This document shows, one piece after another, positions 1 to 12,091 of a stretch of DNA of 64,000 nt. The DNA lies in contig JBBSHJ010000002.1 of NCBI GenBank assembly GCA_038253135.1, forward strand, positions 9,217 through 73,216, given 5' to 3'. The number at the start of each line of letters is the position of its first letter. Position 1 is the first letter of the stretch. The notes below the pieces were generated by a model, which was not told the DNA's origin, searched no databases, and saw nothing but the letters and a program-made list of their open reading frames with translations. The position numbers were made by a program, and so were the translations under genes. Origin of the DNA: Mycobacteriales bacterium. Lineage in GTDB: Bacteria > Actinomycetota > Actinomycetes > Mycobacteriales > QHCD01.

Positions 1-507
1 GTCATCGCCGAGATCGACCCGCGCCGGATCGCCCGGATCCTGCGCAACCTGCTCAGCAACGCGATCGAGCACGGCAACGGCGGCCCGATCGACATCGTCC
101 TCGCCGGCGACGACCGCACGGTGACGATCACGGTCCGCGATCGCGGCGCCGGTTTCCGTCCCGGCGACGCGGACCGCGTCTTCGATCGCTTCTGGCGCGC
201 CGATCCGGCCCGCCGGCGCCGTACCGGCGGTGCGAGCAGCGGGCTCGGCCTCGCCATCAGCCTCGAGGACGCGCGGCTGCACAGCGGGGGGCTGGACGCG
301 TGGGGCGGCCGGCCGGGCATGGGCGCGCAGTTCCGCCTGACGCTGCCGGCCCGGGCCGGGATCCCGCCCGGCGATCCGCTGCTGCCCCTGATCCCTGCGG
401 ACGTCGGGCGCCCCGGGCTGCAATCGGCCCGTGCGGCGCCGGCTGCGCCGCGCGCCCCGGCCGAGGACGGCTCCGCCGCGCGGGCCCGGGAGGTGGAGTC
501 ACGGTGA
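1..507 (+). CDS. mtrB: sensor histidine kinase, MtrB-like, C-terminal HATPase part only (5' end outside window)
   Basis: Frame +1 open from nt 1. N-box [11 protein letters not shown]1 DRGAGF, G2 GLGLAI. Stop TGA 505-507 overlaps the GTG of the next gene (GTGA), as in the actinobacterial mtrB-lpqB arrangement. Confidence 0.85.
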   Translation, partial: VIAEIDPRRIARILRNLLSNAIEHGNGGPIDIVLAGDDRTVTITVRDRGAGFRPGDADRVFDRFWRADPARRRRTGGASSGLGLAISLEDARLHSGGLDAWGGRPGMGAQFRLTLPARAGIPPGDPLLPLIPADVGRPGLQSARAAPAAPRAPAEDGSAARAREVESR

Positions 508-2267
508 TCGTCACGCGGATCCGTCGGCGGCATCTCGCCGGCGGCCTGATCGGTGGCCTCGCGCTGCTCGCGGCCGCGTGCAGCGGCGTACCGACGAGCA
601 CCGATCCGGTGTCCGCGCCGACCCGCATCGAGCGGGAGGTGCCGGTCGCCACCAACACCCAGCTCCCGGTGGCGCGGGCGGGGATGAGCCCGCCGGCGGT
701 GGTGAATGACTTCATCAAGGCGTCGGCGCAATCGGGTGGGCGTCACGACGCGGCGAAGGCATTCCTGACTCCCGACGCGCAGCGGGTCTGGCGGGATAAC
801 GCCGGCGCGACGATCGGCACGGTTCAATACATCGGCTCGTTCGACATCAAGGCGCAGACCGTGGACGTGCAGCTCACCGAGGTCGGTCAGGTCGACGCGG
901 CCGGGGTCTTCACCGCGACGCCGTCGGTCTCCAACTACAAGACGGTCAAATTCCACCTGCGGCGCGACGCCAAGACCAAGAGGTGGCAGATTTCGCAGCT
1001 GCCGGGGCCGGGCGTGATCCTCAGCCCGGCGAACTTCAATTCCATCTACACCCCGATCAACCTTTATTTCCTCAATCGCGGGCAGGACCCGCGGGTGGTG
1101 CCCGACCCACGGTATTTCGACGTGCCGCCCTTGTCGTTGGCCAGCGCGGTCGCACAGGCCCTGGTCAACGGGCCGTCGGCCCGGCTGCGGCCCGCCGTCG
1201 ACACGGCGATCCCGCCGAAGGCGCGACTGCGACAAGGGGTGGTGGCGAAATCCCCGCTGCAGATCGACCTGCGCGGGATCGGCGGGATGACCCAGACCCA
1301 ATTGCACGGCATGGCGGCACAATTCGTCTGGACCATGGATCAGGTGCGGCCGATCCTGCACGTGGAGCGGCTGCAGATCCTCTCCGAGGGCACGGTCGAT
1401 TCCATCAAGGGTTTCGGCACCCAGCCGCTTTCCAAGGACAGCTGGCTCTCCTACGACCCTGAGGCGATGCCGCCGGGGGCGGCGACCTCCTACCTGATCC
1501 AGGACGGCGATGTCATCCGCGGCTCGGACGGCCAGCGGGTCCCGGGAGCCTCCGGCCTTGAGCTGTCCAGCGTCGCCGTGTCGGTCGACGGCCAGTACAT
1601 CGCCGGCGTTGCGCGCAACGGCAAGGGCGCGACGCTGTACGTCGGGAAGTACGCCGGCCGGCTCCGCGCCGTGCTGCACCAGGCCCAGCTGACGACGCCG
1701 ACCTGGCTGCCCGACGATCAGCTGCTGCTGGTCAGCAACCGCCGCGACCTGCTCCGCTTCTCCGCCGCGTCGCCGTCCGGCTCGCCGGCGTCGTACACCA
1801 ACGCCCTCGCCTCCATTCCGGGGGTGCGGTCGCTGCGGGTCTCCCTCGACGGGGCGCGGGTGGCGGTCGTGTCGCTCGACGGCACCGTCTACACCGGCGT
1901 CGTCGGGAGCACCGCCCCGATCGTCGGACTCGCCCAACTTGTCGACGCACCGAGCGACGCGACACAGGTCGCCTGGTCGGGCGCCACCGAGTTGACGATC
2001 CTCGCCCCCGACCCCAACCTGAGCCTGCCGATGGCCGTGTGGACCGCCGAGGTCGACAGCATTGGCGGTAAGAGGTCGTCGCTGCCCACCAGCGGGTTGC
2101 CCGACTCGCCGGTCGCCCTGGCGGCGGCGCCCAACCAATACACGATCGTGCAGCCGAAGAACCAGGACACGCCGTTCTATTACAACAGCGACGACGAGAC
2201 CTGGTCCGGGCTTCCGTCCAACGACGGCTTCCCGCTGCAGGGCAGCGCCCCGACCTATCCGGGCTGA
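504..2267 (+). CDS. lpqB: lipoprotein LpqB (MtrAB-associated)
   Basis: GTG 504 is in frame with ORF 300..2267. N-terminus [26 protein letters not shown] looks like a lipoprotein signal with lipobox Cys. Sits directly after mtrB. Start choice is inference. Confidence 0.8.
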   Translation: MIVTRIRRRHLAGGLIGGLALLAAACSGVPTSTDPVSAPTRIEREVPVATNTQLPVARAGMSPPAVVNDFIKASAQSGGRHDAAKAFLTPDAQRVWRDNAGATIGTVQYIGSFDIKAQTVDVQLTEVGQVDAAGVFTATPSVSNYKTVKFHLRRDAKTKRWQISQLPGPGVILSPANFNSIYTPINLYFLNRGQDPRVVPDPRYFDVPPLSLASAVAQALVNGPSARLRPAVDTAIPPKARLRQGVVAKSPLQIDLRGIGGMTQTQLHGMAAQFVWTMDQVRPILHVERLQILSEGTVDSIKGFGTQPLSKDSWLSYDPEAMPPGAATSYLIQDGDVIRGSDGQRVPGASGLELSSVAVSVDGQYIAGVARNGKGATLYVGKYAGRLRAVLHQAQLTTPTWLPDDQLLLVSNRRDLLRFSAASPSGSPASYTNALASIPGVRSLRVSLDGARVAVVSLDGTVYTGVVGSTAPIVGLAQLVDAPSDATQVAWSGATELTILAPDPNLSLPMAVWTAEVDSIGGKRSSLPTSGLPDSPVALAAAPNQYTIVQPKNQDTPFYYNSDDETWSGLPSNDGFPLQGSAPTYPG

Positions 2268-2489
2268 GATCAGCTATAGCCGGCGGCTATGGGGGTGCGA
2301 GCCAGCCGACCGGTATCGCACGGTGAGGCTCGGCACCCGTGCGACGCCGAACTGGTCCGCCTCGCCGGCGCCGGCGGCCCCTTAGCATGCCGGCCGGCGC
2401 CCGGCGTACGCCCGTCCACAGCAGCCGCAGCCGTCCACAGGGTCGGCCATCGCCCGTCGCCGGGGTCCTGCATCGGCGAGGCTGACGGC

Positions 2490-3194
2490 ATGTTCGGTGC
2501 GCTGCTCGACCTGGTCCTTCCCGCGGCCTGCGTCGGATGCGGCGCCGAGGGCACGCTGCTGTGCCGCGGCTGCGAGCGCACGGTCGGCACCGCCCGCCGG
2601 CACAGCCCCGACCCGGCGCCGCCCGGGTTGCCGGAGACCTGGACGGCAGGGCGGTATTCTGGCGCGTTGCGGGCGTTGCTGCTCGGTTACAAGGAGCGGG
2701 ACCGCCGCGATCTGGCGCCGGTGATCGGGTGCCTGCTGGCGCGAGCCACGCGCGCCGCGGTCATGTCGGTCGGCGACCCCGACCGGGCGCCGCTGGTGCT
2801 GGTGCCGATCCCGTCGCGGCGCGCGGTCGCCCGCCAGCGCGGCGGGGACCATGTGCGCCGCCTGCTGGTCGCGGCCATCCGGGCCGATCCGCCGCTGGCT
2901 GCCTGCCCGTTGATTCCGGCGCTGCGGGTCGTCGGCCGCCCGGTCGACGCGGTCGGACTGGACACGGCGCACCGGTGGCAGGCGCGGGCCCGGGTCTTCG
3001 CGCCGCGGGCTGGCTGCCTGCGGCTCGTCCAGGGCCGCGACGTCGTACTCGTCGACGACCTCATCACGACCGGCGCCACCCTCGTCGACGCCGCCCGGGC
3101 GCTTGCCGAGGCCGGCGCCCGGCCGGCCGCGGCGGTGACCCTCGCGGCCACGGCGCGCCGGCGACCCGCGCGCCCGCTCGGCGACCGAGCGTGA
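2490..3194 (+). CDS. ComF family protein (phosphoribosyltransferase domain)
   Basis: ATG 2490 inside ORF 2289..3194. N-terminal Cys pairs (CVGCGAEGTLLCRGC) and PRTase motif VVLVDDLITTGATL. Conserved position between lpqB and hpf. Confidence 0.8.
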   Translation: MFGALLDLVLPAACVGCGAEGTLLCRGCERTVGTARRHSPDPAPPGLPETWTAGRYSGALRALLLGYKERDRRDLAPVIGCLLARATRAAVMSVGDPDRAPLVLVPIPSRRAVARQRGGDHVRRLLVAAIRADPPLAACPLIPALRVVGRPVDAVGLDTAHRWQARARVFAPRAGCLRLVQGRDVVLVDDLITTGATLVDAARALAEAGARPAAAVTLAATARRRPARPLGDRA

Positions 3195-3350
3195 TTGCCG
3201 CCGGCCGGGTCTACCGTCGCCACGCCGGTCGGCGCTACCGTCGATTATTCATCCGCCGTCTGTCAATCTCGCCCGAGAGAATCTCGCCCAGAGAGAGGAG
3301 GACCGACCGAGACGGAGCGCAGGGCACAGCACTCAACCCGAGGAGGATCC

Positions 3351-4022
3351 GTGGACGTTGTCGTACGAGGCCGGAATGTTGAGGTCCCCGATCACTACCG
3401 CCAACTGGTGACCGAGAAGCTCACACGGATAGAACGGTTCGACGGCAAGCTGATCCGGATCGACGTCGAGTTGCATCACGAGAAGAATCCCCGCCAGGTC
3501 GATGAGTGCCAGCACGTCGAGATCACGGCGGTTTCGCGCGGCCCGGTCGTGCGGTCCGAAGCGCGGGCCGGCGATTTCTACGCCGCGTTGGACACCGCTG
3601 TCGGCAAGCTCGAGCGGCGGATGGCCAAGGCCGCCGACCGCCGCCGGGTCCACCACGGCAGGCATCGGCCGACCCGCGTCGCCGACGCGGCCGGCCGGAT
3701 CGACGCGGCACCGGCGGAAGCCTTCGGCCAGCCCGGCGACATCGCCACGGTCGCCGAGGCTGGCGATGACGCTCTCTACGACGCGCCGCCCACCGATGAG
3801 CCGGGCCGGATCGTGCGCCGCAAGCGACACGTCGGCACGCCGATGACGAGCGACCAGGCGCTGCACGAGATGGAGCTCGTCGGGCACGACTTCTACCTGT
3901 TCGCCGACGCGGAGACCGGGCTGCCGAGCGTCGTCTACCGCCGCAAGGGCTTCGCCTACGGCGTCATCACGCTCGAGCCGCGGGCGAGCGCGGGCAACGG
4001 GACGACGCAAGCGGCCGGCTGA
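3351..4022 (+). CDS. hpf: ribosome hibernation promoting factor, long form
   Basis: GTG 3351 preceded by AGGAGG (3341-3346). N-terminal S30AE-like domain ([22 protein letters not shown]) and C-terminal domain ([39 protein letters not shown]). Confidence 0.9.
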   Translation: MDVVVRGRNVEVPDHYRQLVTEKLTRIERFDGKLIRIDVELHHEKNPRQVDECQHVEITAVSRGPVVRSEARAGDFYAALDTAVGKLERRMAKAADRRRVHHGRHRPTRVADAAGRIDAAPAEAFGQPGDIATVAEAGDDALYDAPPTDEPGRIVRRKRHVGTPMTSDQALHEMELVGHDFYLFADAETGLPSVVYRRKGFAYGVITLEPRASAGNGTTQAAG

Positions 4023-4030
4023 GGCCACTG

Positions 4031-4060
4031 GAACCGGCGTCGGCGCGCCGCCGCCGGTTC
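4031..4060 (+). terminator. GC-rich hairpin after hpf (candidate terminator, no U-tract)
   Basis: GAACCGGCG (4031-4039) pairs with CGCCGGTTC (4052-4060). It starts 9 nt after the hpf stop. Confidence 0.35.
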
Positions 4061-4158
4061 GCAGCGCTGACGTCCCACCGGCCCGAACGCATACCATTGC
4101 CACAGACGCGGGCCAGCGATGCGCCTGCTGTGACAGACGCCGAAGGGGTAAGTCAGTA

Positions 4159-7068
<2,910 letters not shown>

Positions 7069-7074
7069 GCCCAC

Positions 7075-7247
7075 TCAGTCGATCTGGGGCCCGGGACGGC
7101 TTTCTCGGTCGCTGCGCGCCTCGCTCGTTCCTCGCTCGGGTGCTCGCTCCCTCGTCAGCCGATCTGGCGCCCTGGACGGCTTTCTCGGTCGCTGCGCGCC
7201 TCGCTCGTTCCTCGCTCGGGTGCTCGCTCCCTCGTCAGCCGATCTGG
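7075..7247. repeat. 80-bp tandem repeat, 2 full units (7075-7154, 7155-7234) plus 13 nt, filling the secA / Rv3235-like convergent spacer
   Basis: Direct alignment of the two units shows 3 mismatches. The third partial unit is the 3' end plus TGA of the minus-strand gene. Same family as 9604-9639 and 44291-44396. Confidence 0.9.
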
Positions 7248-7888
7248 AGCTGCACGCACCGCCACCTCCCGTCCAGGCCCTCGAGGCGGGCGGCGACCGC
7301 CCGGTAGCGGGCGCCGTGTCGTACGACGGCCGCCAGCTCGACGATCCCGTCGGCCGGTGTGGTGACGTGCACCGAGCGCAGCGGTGAGGCGGGTACGGCC
7401 GGTCCGCCACGCCGCGCTGGTGCGGGGCGGGCGAGCGGCCAGCTCCGCCGGCTCGCGACCCGCTGCGAGACGCCGTGGAACACCGCGGGGCTCAGCATCG
7501 GCTGCACCTGCGTGATCGACCGGCGCCCGGCAAGCACCTCGATGAGGGCGCGGATGAGCACCCGTCCGAACCGCTCGGGATCCGGCAGGTCGGCCGAGCG
7601 GGTCGGCTGCCGCTCGAAGAATCCGGCGACCCGACTCGCGGTCGCCGGTCGCGCAATCGGTCGCGGCGCTGGGGCGGGATCGTCGAAGGGGAGTGGCTCG
7701 GTCTCCGGCGGGACGAGGTGCAGGTGCCGGTGGCCACCTACCGGCTCGGTGACGAGTGACGGGTGCTCATGCTCGGCCCAGTCGCAGACCGGATCCAGCG
7801 GTGGCTCGAACGGTGCCAGCCGCCGGACCGTCGGCACGCGGGTGAGTGTCGGAGCGGGGCTCATCGGTTCGGTCGCGGCTGCGGACAT
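7235..7888 (-). CDS. Rv3235-like conserved actinobacterial protein
   Basis: 217 aa. Segment FGRVLIRALIEVLAGRRSITQVQPMLSPAVFHGVSQRV resembles the Rv3235 family. Conserved position convergent with secA. Confidence 0.65.
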   Translation of the reverse strand: MSAAATEPMSPAPTLTRVPTVRRLAPFEPPLDPVCDWAEHEHPSLVTEPVGGHRHLHLVPPETEPLPFDDPAPAPRPIARPATASRVAGFFERQPTRSADLPDPERFGRVLIRALIEVLAGRRSITQVQPMLSPAVFHGVSQRVASRRSWPLARPAPARRGGPAVPASPLRSVHVTTPADGIVELAAVVRHGARYRAVAARLEGLDGRWRCVQLQIG

Positions 7889-7947
7889 CGCTGGTCCTCC
7901 CTGAGATACGGCTCGACGCCGGGTTGTCGGTGCCTGCCGGTGCGGCT

Positions 7948-8790
7948 TCAGCTCGTTGGATCGGCCGGGACGATCAGGACCTGGCCGGGATGGATGAGGT
8001 TAGGGTCGGTGCCGATCAGAGCGCGGTTCGCGGTGTACCACCGCGGCCACTCGCGGGCGACGCGGGCGTCGGATGCGCCCGCCGGCAGGTGGGCGCGCGC
8101 CAGGTCCCAGAGACAGTCACCCGCCTGTACGACGACGCGGTGAGGTGTGATATGGCGACGGTGGTGGGCGGACACGTGCCGCCGGAGGGGCCGGCTGGTG
8201 GCGTCCGCTGCCCCGGTCGGCCAGTCGATGCCGGTCGGGGCGGGGGTGGTGGCGCGAAAGGCCGGGTTGACCCTCGGCGTGGGGATCCCCGCGCCGGCCG
8301 ATCCGGTCTCCGGCCAGTCGGCATCGATGGGACCGGCCGGCTGGTGGGCGGTATACGCCGCGGACCCGCCGACGGCGGCCGCCGCGACCGGAGTCCCGGC
8401 CGCCCCGTATCCGGCCGGGCCCACGGCGGCGTTGCTGCCGGCAGCGACGCCGGCGCCGCTGGCAAGGGAGACGCCGAGCGCGACCGCGGCCGCACGGCGT
8501 ACCGCCGCCGGCAGCGTGCGCTCGGCCACCGCCTGGGACACCGCGCCGGCCGCCCCGGGGAGCCGCGTCGCCGCAACGGCTCCGACTCCGAGCACCAGCC
8601 AGCCGAGCACCAGCCAGCCCACGACACCGAGCACCAGCACCGCCGCGCTGTCGGGACCGGCCGAGTCGATGTAGTGCTGCGGATCGCGGGCCGCGAGCGC
8701 AACGTCGCGCAGGCTCGGCCCCGCCGCCGCCAGCACGAGCGCGGCCAGGAAGACCGGAGCGAGGGTGACAGCGGTACGAACGGCACGCAC
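7948..8790 (-). CDS. membrane protein with C-terminal LysM peptidoglycan-binding domain
   Basis: GTG 8790 preceded by AAGGAGA. TM segments are present. C-terminus HRVVVQAGDCLWDLARAHL...IHPGQVLIVP is LysM-like. Confidence 0.7.
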   Translation of the reverse strand: MRAVRTAVTLAPVFLAALVLAAAGPSLRDVALAARDPQHYIDSAGPDSAAVLVLGVVGWLVLGWLVLGVGAVAATRLPGAAGAVSQAVAERTLPAAVRRAAAVALGVSLASGAGVAAGSNAAVGPAGYGAAGTPVAAAAVGGSAAYTAHQPAGPIDADWPETGSAGAGIPTPRVNPAFRATTPAPTGIDWPTGAADATSRPLRRHVSAHHRRHITPHRVVVQAGDCLWDLARAHLPAGASDARVAREWPRWYTANRALIGTDPNLIHPGQVLIVPADPTS

Positions 8791-8906
8791 GGCATGCTCT
8801 CCTTTGATCCGATAACGTCTGTTGGCATACCTAAGCTTACTGACCATCGCGTGTCAATACCTTATCATTCGGCTTCTTAGATTCCCTTGCCCTTCGGCAC
8901 TAGCCG

Positions 8907-9491
8907 TTGGCTTCCGAGGCGCGAAAGGATGTGGCCGTGCGCTGGGACCGGTTGTTCGAGGACCTCGAGGCTCAGTTCGATGCCGCGGATGCGGCGGAGT
9001 ACGCCGGCGAGATCGTCGAGCGCACGCGTACGGCGATCGGTGCGTTGCGGCTCGTCGATCGGCTTCGCGCTGCGGGTGATCGCCCGATCCGATTGACGGT
9101 CCTGGGCGCGGGAGCCGTCCGCGGGGAGGTCCGCGCCGTGGGCTCGGAATGGGTGGTGCTCGGGCTCACCGGCGGCGGCGAGGCGCTCGTCCCTCTTGCC
9201 GCGATCATGGGCGTGCACGGCCTCGGCCGGCACGCGGCGACACCCGGCAGCGAGGGTGAGGTGGTCAAGCGTCTCGGCCTACGTCACGCCCTGCGCGCTA
9301 TCGCCCGCGACCGATCCCGATGCCAGATCACGACGGTTGACGGCACGCTCGTCACCGGCACCATCGACCGCGTCGGCGCCGATTTCCTCGAAGTCGCGGA
9401 GCTTCCTGTCGGCGAGGTCCGGCGGCCGAACGCCGTTCGCGGCGTGGACACGGTGCCGCTCTCCGCCATTGCACTGGTACGCACCGCATAG
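8907..9491 (+). CDS. conserved hypothetical protein
   Basis: 194-aa ORF with high GC3 and no recognisable motif. The start may instead be GTG 8931 or 8937 after GAAAGGA. Confidence 0.5.
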   Translation: MASEARKDVAVRWDRLFEDLEAQFDAADAAEYAGEIVERTRTAIGALRLVDRLRAAGDRPIRLTVLGAGAVRGEVRAVGSEWVVLGLTGGGEALVPLAAIMGVHGLGRHAATPGSEGEVVKRLGLRHALRAIARDRSRCQITTVDGTLVTGTIDRVGADFLEVAELPVGEVRRPNAVRGVDTVPLSAIALVRTA

Positions 9492-9603
9492 AAGCGTGGG
9501 TCGGTATTCGCGAATCGGTTTTTGTCGGCCGCGTGGTTGGTGGCTGGTCGTCTTTCGGTGGTGCGCCGTTGGTTGCGGACTTCGATTCGGTGTTGGTGAC
9601 GAT

Positions 9604-9639
9604 GAGCCTGGCGCTCGCTCGATGCTCGCTCCCTCGTCA
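9604..9639. repeat. short (about half-unit) copy of the 80-bp repeat family, abutting the stop codon of the HTH gene
   Basis: Minus strand reads GAC TGA CGAGGGAGCGAGCATCGAGCGAGCGCCAGG. The 20 nt TGACGAGGGAGCGAGCA are identical to the start of the units at 7075-7247. Confidence 0.7.
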
Positions 9640-9864
9640 GTCGACCGGACCGGCGAAGGGGTGCGACTGCACGAATTCCTGCGTGTTGTCGTACATCCGC
9701 TTGATGTACTCCTCCAGCTTGGGCGCCTCGACCCTCCACATGCCCTTGCCGCCGAGCTTGATCGCCTCGAGATCGCCATTGCGGACCAGCGCGTACACCT
9801 GCTTGTCCGACACGTTGAGCACCTCGGCCACGTCGGCGAGGGTCAGGAATCGTCGATCGGGCAT
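9637..9864 (-). CDS. helix-turn-helix DNA-binding protein (excisionase/MerR-like HTH family)
   Basis: ATG 9864. MPDRRFLTLADVAEVLNVSDKQVYALVRNGDLEAIKLGGKGMWRV is a typical excisionase-family HTH. Confidence 0.8.
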   Translation of the reverse strand: MPDRRFLTLADVAEVLNVSDKQVYALVRNGDLEAIKLGGKGMWRVEAPKLEEYIKRMYDNTQEFVQSHPFAGPVD

Positions 9865-10074
9865 GGCACCTGCCTGGGTCTCGCGCCGGCCGGGAAAGCT
9901 GTCTGATCCGCAGTGTCTCACCCGGAACCGCCGCCGTGCGCACGCCATCCACAGCGCGCCAGAGACGCCGTCCTTGTGGACGGGACTGCCGGAGGGGCAT
10001 CGTGCCTGGCATCATCTCCGAGTCCGCACGTGGCAACCGGTGGGCAACGAGCCGGGACGAGGGCTGGGGGAGGC

Positions 10075-10779
10075 ATGGTCGAGGACAAGGCGGCGCGGGC
10101 CCGACGGCTGACACCGCCATCGTGGCTCGACCTGCGACTGGTTCTCGGAGTGCTGCTCGTCCTGGTGGCCGTCGTGGTCGGCGCGCGCGTCTTCACCGAC
10201 GCGGACAAGTCTGTGCGGGTGTGGGCCGCGGCGCGGGACCTGCCGGCCGGATCGCGACTGACGCCCGACGACCTGAGGACCGTACGCGTCCGGCTCTACG
10301 GCAACACCAACGCCTACCTGTCCGCGAGCACCCCTCTCGCCGGACGCCAGACGACGCGGGATCTTAGCAGCGGTGACCTCCTGCCCCGGTCCGCGCTGAC
10401 CCACGCCGACCCGGCGGGCGCGATCGTTCCGTTGTCGGTCCCGCGGGACGCTGTGCCGCCGGGACTGCGGCGGGGGGACCGGATCGACGTGTACGCCGCG
10501 GGCGCGAAGGATTCGACCGGCGATCAGTCGACGTACCGCGTGCTCCGCGCCGTGACGATCCAATCGGTCGACTACGGCAGCAACAGCGCCCTGTCCGCCA
10601 GCCGCGAGACCGTGCAGTTGACGATCGAACTGCCGCCCGAGTGCGCCGCCAAGGCCGTGCCGCGGGTGTCGGGTCAGACCCTGTTCGTCGTGCTGCAGAT
10701 GCGACCGGTGAAGGTCGACGCATGCGCCGACGCGGCGTCTTGGCCGCAGTCCTCCCGGCCCCAGGGGCAGCCGAAATGA
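10075..10779 (+). CDS. SAF-domain protein (CpaB/RcpC-like), N-terminal TM anchor
   Basis: ATG 10075 after GGGGGAGG. TM segment LRLVLGVLLVLVAVVVGARVF followed by a SAF-like segment (VWAAARDLPAGSRLTPDDL). Confidence 0.6.
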   Translation: MVEDKAARARRLTPPSWLDLRLVLGVLLVLVAVVVGARVFTDADKSVRVWAAARDLPAGSRLTPDDLRTVRVRLYGNTNAYLSASTPLAGRQTTRDLSSGDLLPRSALTHADPAGAIVPLSVPRDAVPPGLRRGDRIDVYAAGAKDSTGDQSTYRVLRAVTIQSVDYGSNSALSASRETVQLTIELPPECAAKAVPRVSGQTLFVVLQMRPVKVDACADAASWPQSSRPQGQPK

Positions 10780-10792
10780 TCGTGGCGGCGCG

Positions 10793-12091
10793 ATGAGCGT
10801 TGCGGTTCTCACCGCGGTCACGGGAGCGACCTGGGAAGCCGACCTCGTCTCATCCTTGGGCCGGAGCGACCTGGACATCTCGATCGTCGGCCGGTGCGTG
10901 GACCTCGCCGATCTGCTCGCCGCAGCGGCGGCCGGGACGGCGCGCGCGGTGCTTTTGTCCGCGGAGCTCCGCCGGCTCGACCGCGACGCGGTGGTACGCC
11001 TGACGGCGACCGGCGTCGCGATCGTCGGTCTCGTCACGCCGGGCGACGAGATCGCGGAGCGCACCCTTCACCAGCTCGGCGTGGCGCGGGTGCTGCCGGC
11101 CGACGCGGCGCCGGCCGAGATCGCGGCGAAGGTGCGGGAGTCGGTCGCAGCGCTCACCGCGCCCGGCGCCGAGGATGCGGCCCGCCGCCTCGTCGCCGAC
11201 CCGCGCCCGAAGGTTCCCGAATCACCCGTCGCCGCCGCGGTCGACCCGGCCGGCCCGCCGGCGCCGGGCCGGGTGATCGCGGTGTGGGGCCCGACCGGTG
11301 CGCCGGGTCGCACGACCGTCGCCGTCGGGGTCGCCGACGAGGCGGCCCGGCTCGGTGTCGACACGCTGCTGATCGACGCCGACGTCTACGGCGGCGTGGT
11401 CGCCCAGGTGCTGGGGCTGCTCGACGAGTCTCCCGGCCTCGCCGCCGCGGCCCGGCAGGCCCTGACCGGATCGCTGGACGCGCGTGCGCTCGACCGGATC
11501 GCGTTGCGGATCGGAGACCAGCTGCGGGTGCTGACCGGAATCGCCCGCCCGGAGCGCTGGCCGGAGGTGGCGGGCTCCGCGATGGAGGTCGTGATCGACG
11601 TCGTACGCCGGTGCGTGCCGTTCACGGTGATCGACTGCGGCTTCTCGATCGAGGCGGACGAGGAGCTCAGCTACGACACGGTGAGTCCCCGGCGCAACGG
11701 CGCGACGCTCGCCGCGCTGGCCGAAGCCGATGTGGTGCTCTGCGTCGGCGGCGCGGACCCGGTTGCCCTGCAGCGCTTGGTGCGAGCTTTGTCGGCCCTG
11801 GCCGAGACGGTCGACCGGGTCCGGCCGGAAATCATCATCAACCGGCTGCGCAAAGGCGTGATACCCGGTGAGCCGACGACCGAAATCGCCGCGGCCCTCC
11901 GGCGATACGCGGGCGTCGAAGCGATCGCTTATCTCCCGAACGATCCGGCGGCGACCGATGCCGCGCTGGCGCTCGGCAAGACGCTCGCCGAGGTGTCGTC
12001 GGGTAGCCCGTTGCGGAGCGAGCTCACCGGGCTTGCACGGCGGCTCGCCCGCGTGCCGGCCGCACGCACCCGCGCCCGCCGCAAGGCGTGA
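10793..12091 (+). CDS. ParA/MinD-like ATPase (CpaE/Ssd-like) with receiver-like N-terminal domain
   Basis: 432 aa. Deviant P-loop VIAVWGPTGAPGRTTVAVGVADEAARLG..LLIDADVYGG. Confidence 0.7.
   Translation: MSVAVLTAVTGATWEADLVSSLGRSDLDISIVGRCVDLADLLAAAAAGTARAVLLSAELRRLDRDAVVRLTATGVAIVGLVTPGDEIAERTLHQLGVARVLPADAAPAEIAAKVRESVAALTAPGAEDAARRLVADPRPKVPESPVAAAVDPAGPPAPGRVIAVWGPTGAPGRTTVAVGVADEAARLGVDTLLIDADVYGGVVAQVLGLLDESPGLAAAARQALTGSLDARALDRIALRIGDQLRVLTGIARPERWPEVAGSAMEVVIDVVRRCVPFTVIDCGFSIEADEELSYDTVSPRRNGATLAALAEADVVLCVGGADPVALQRLVRALSALAETVDRVRPEIIINRLRKGVIPGEPTTEIAAALRRYAGVEAIAYLPNDPAATDAALALGKTLAEVSSGSPLRSELTGLARRLARVPAARTRARRKA

Noticed and set aside
9492-9636. 6C/B11-type small RNA near the Ssd-like ATPase genes
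   Set aside because: 6C RNAs have two hairpin loops with runs of C. Here there are no C runs of 4 or more and no convincing stems.
9637-12091. Tad/Flp pilus locus
   Set aside because: Only CpaB-like and CpaE-like genes are present. No secretion ATPase, platform proteins, pilin or peptidase is found.
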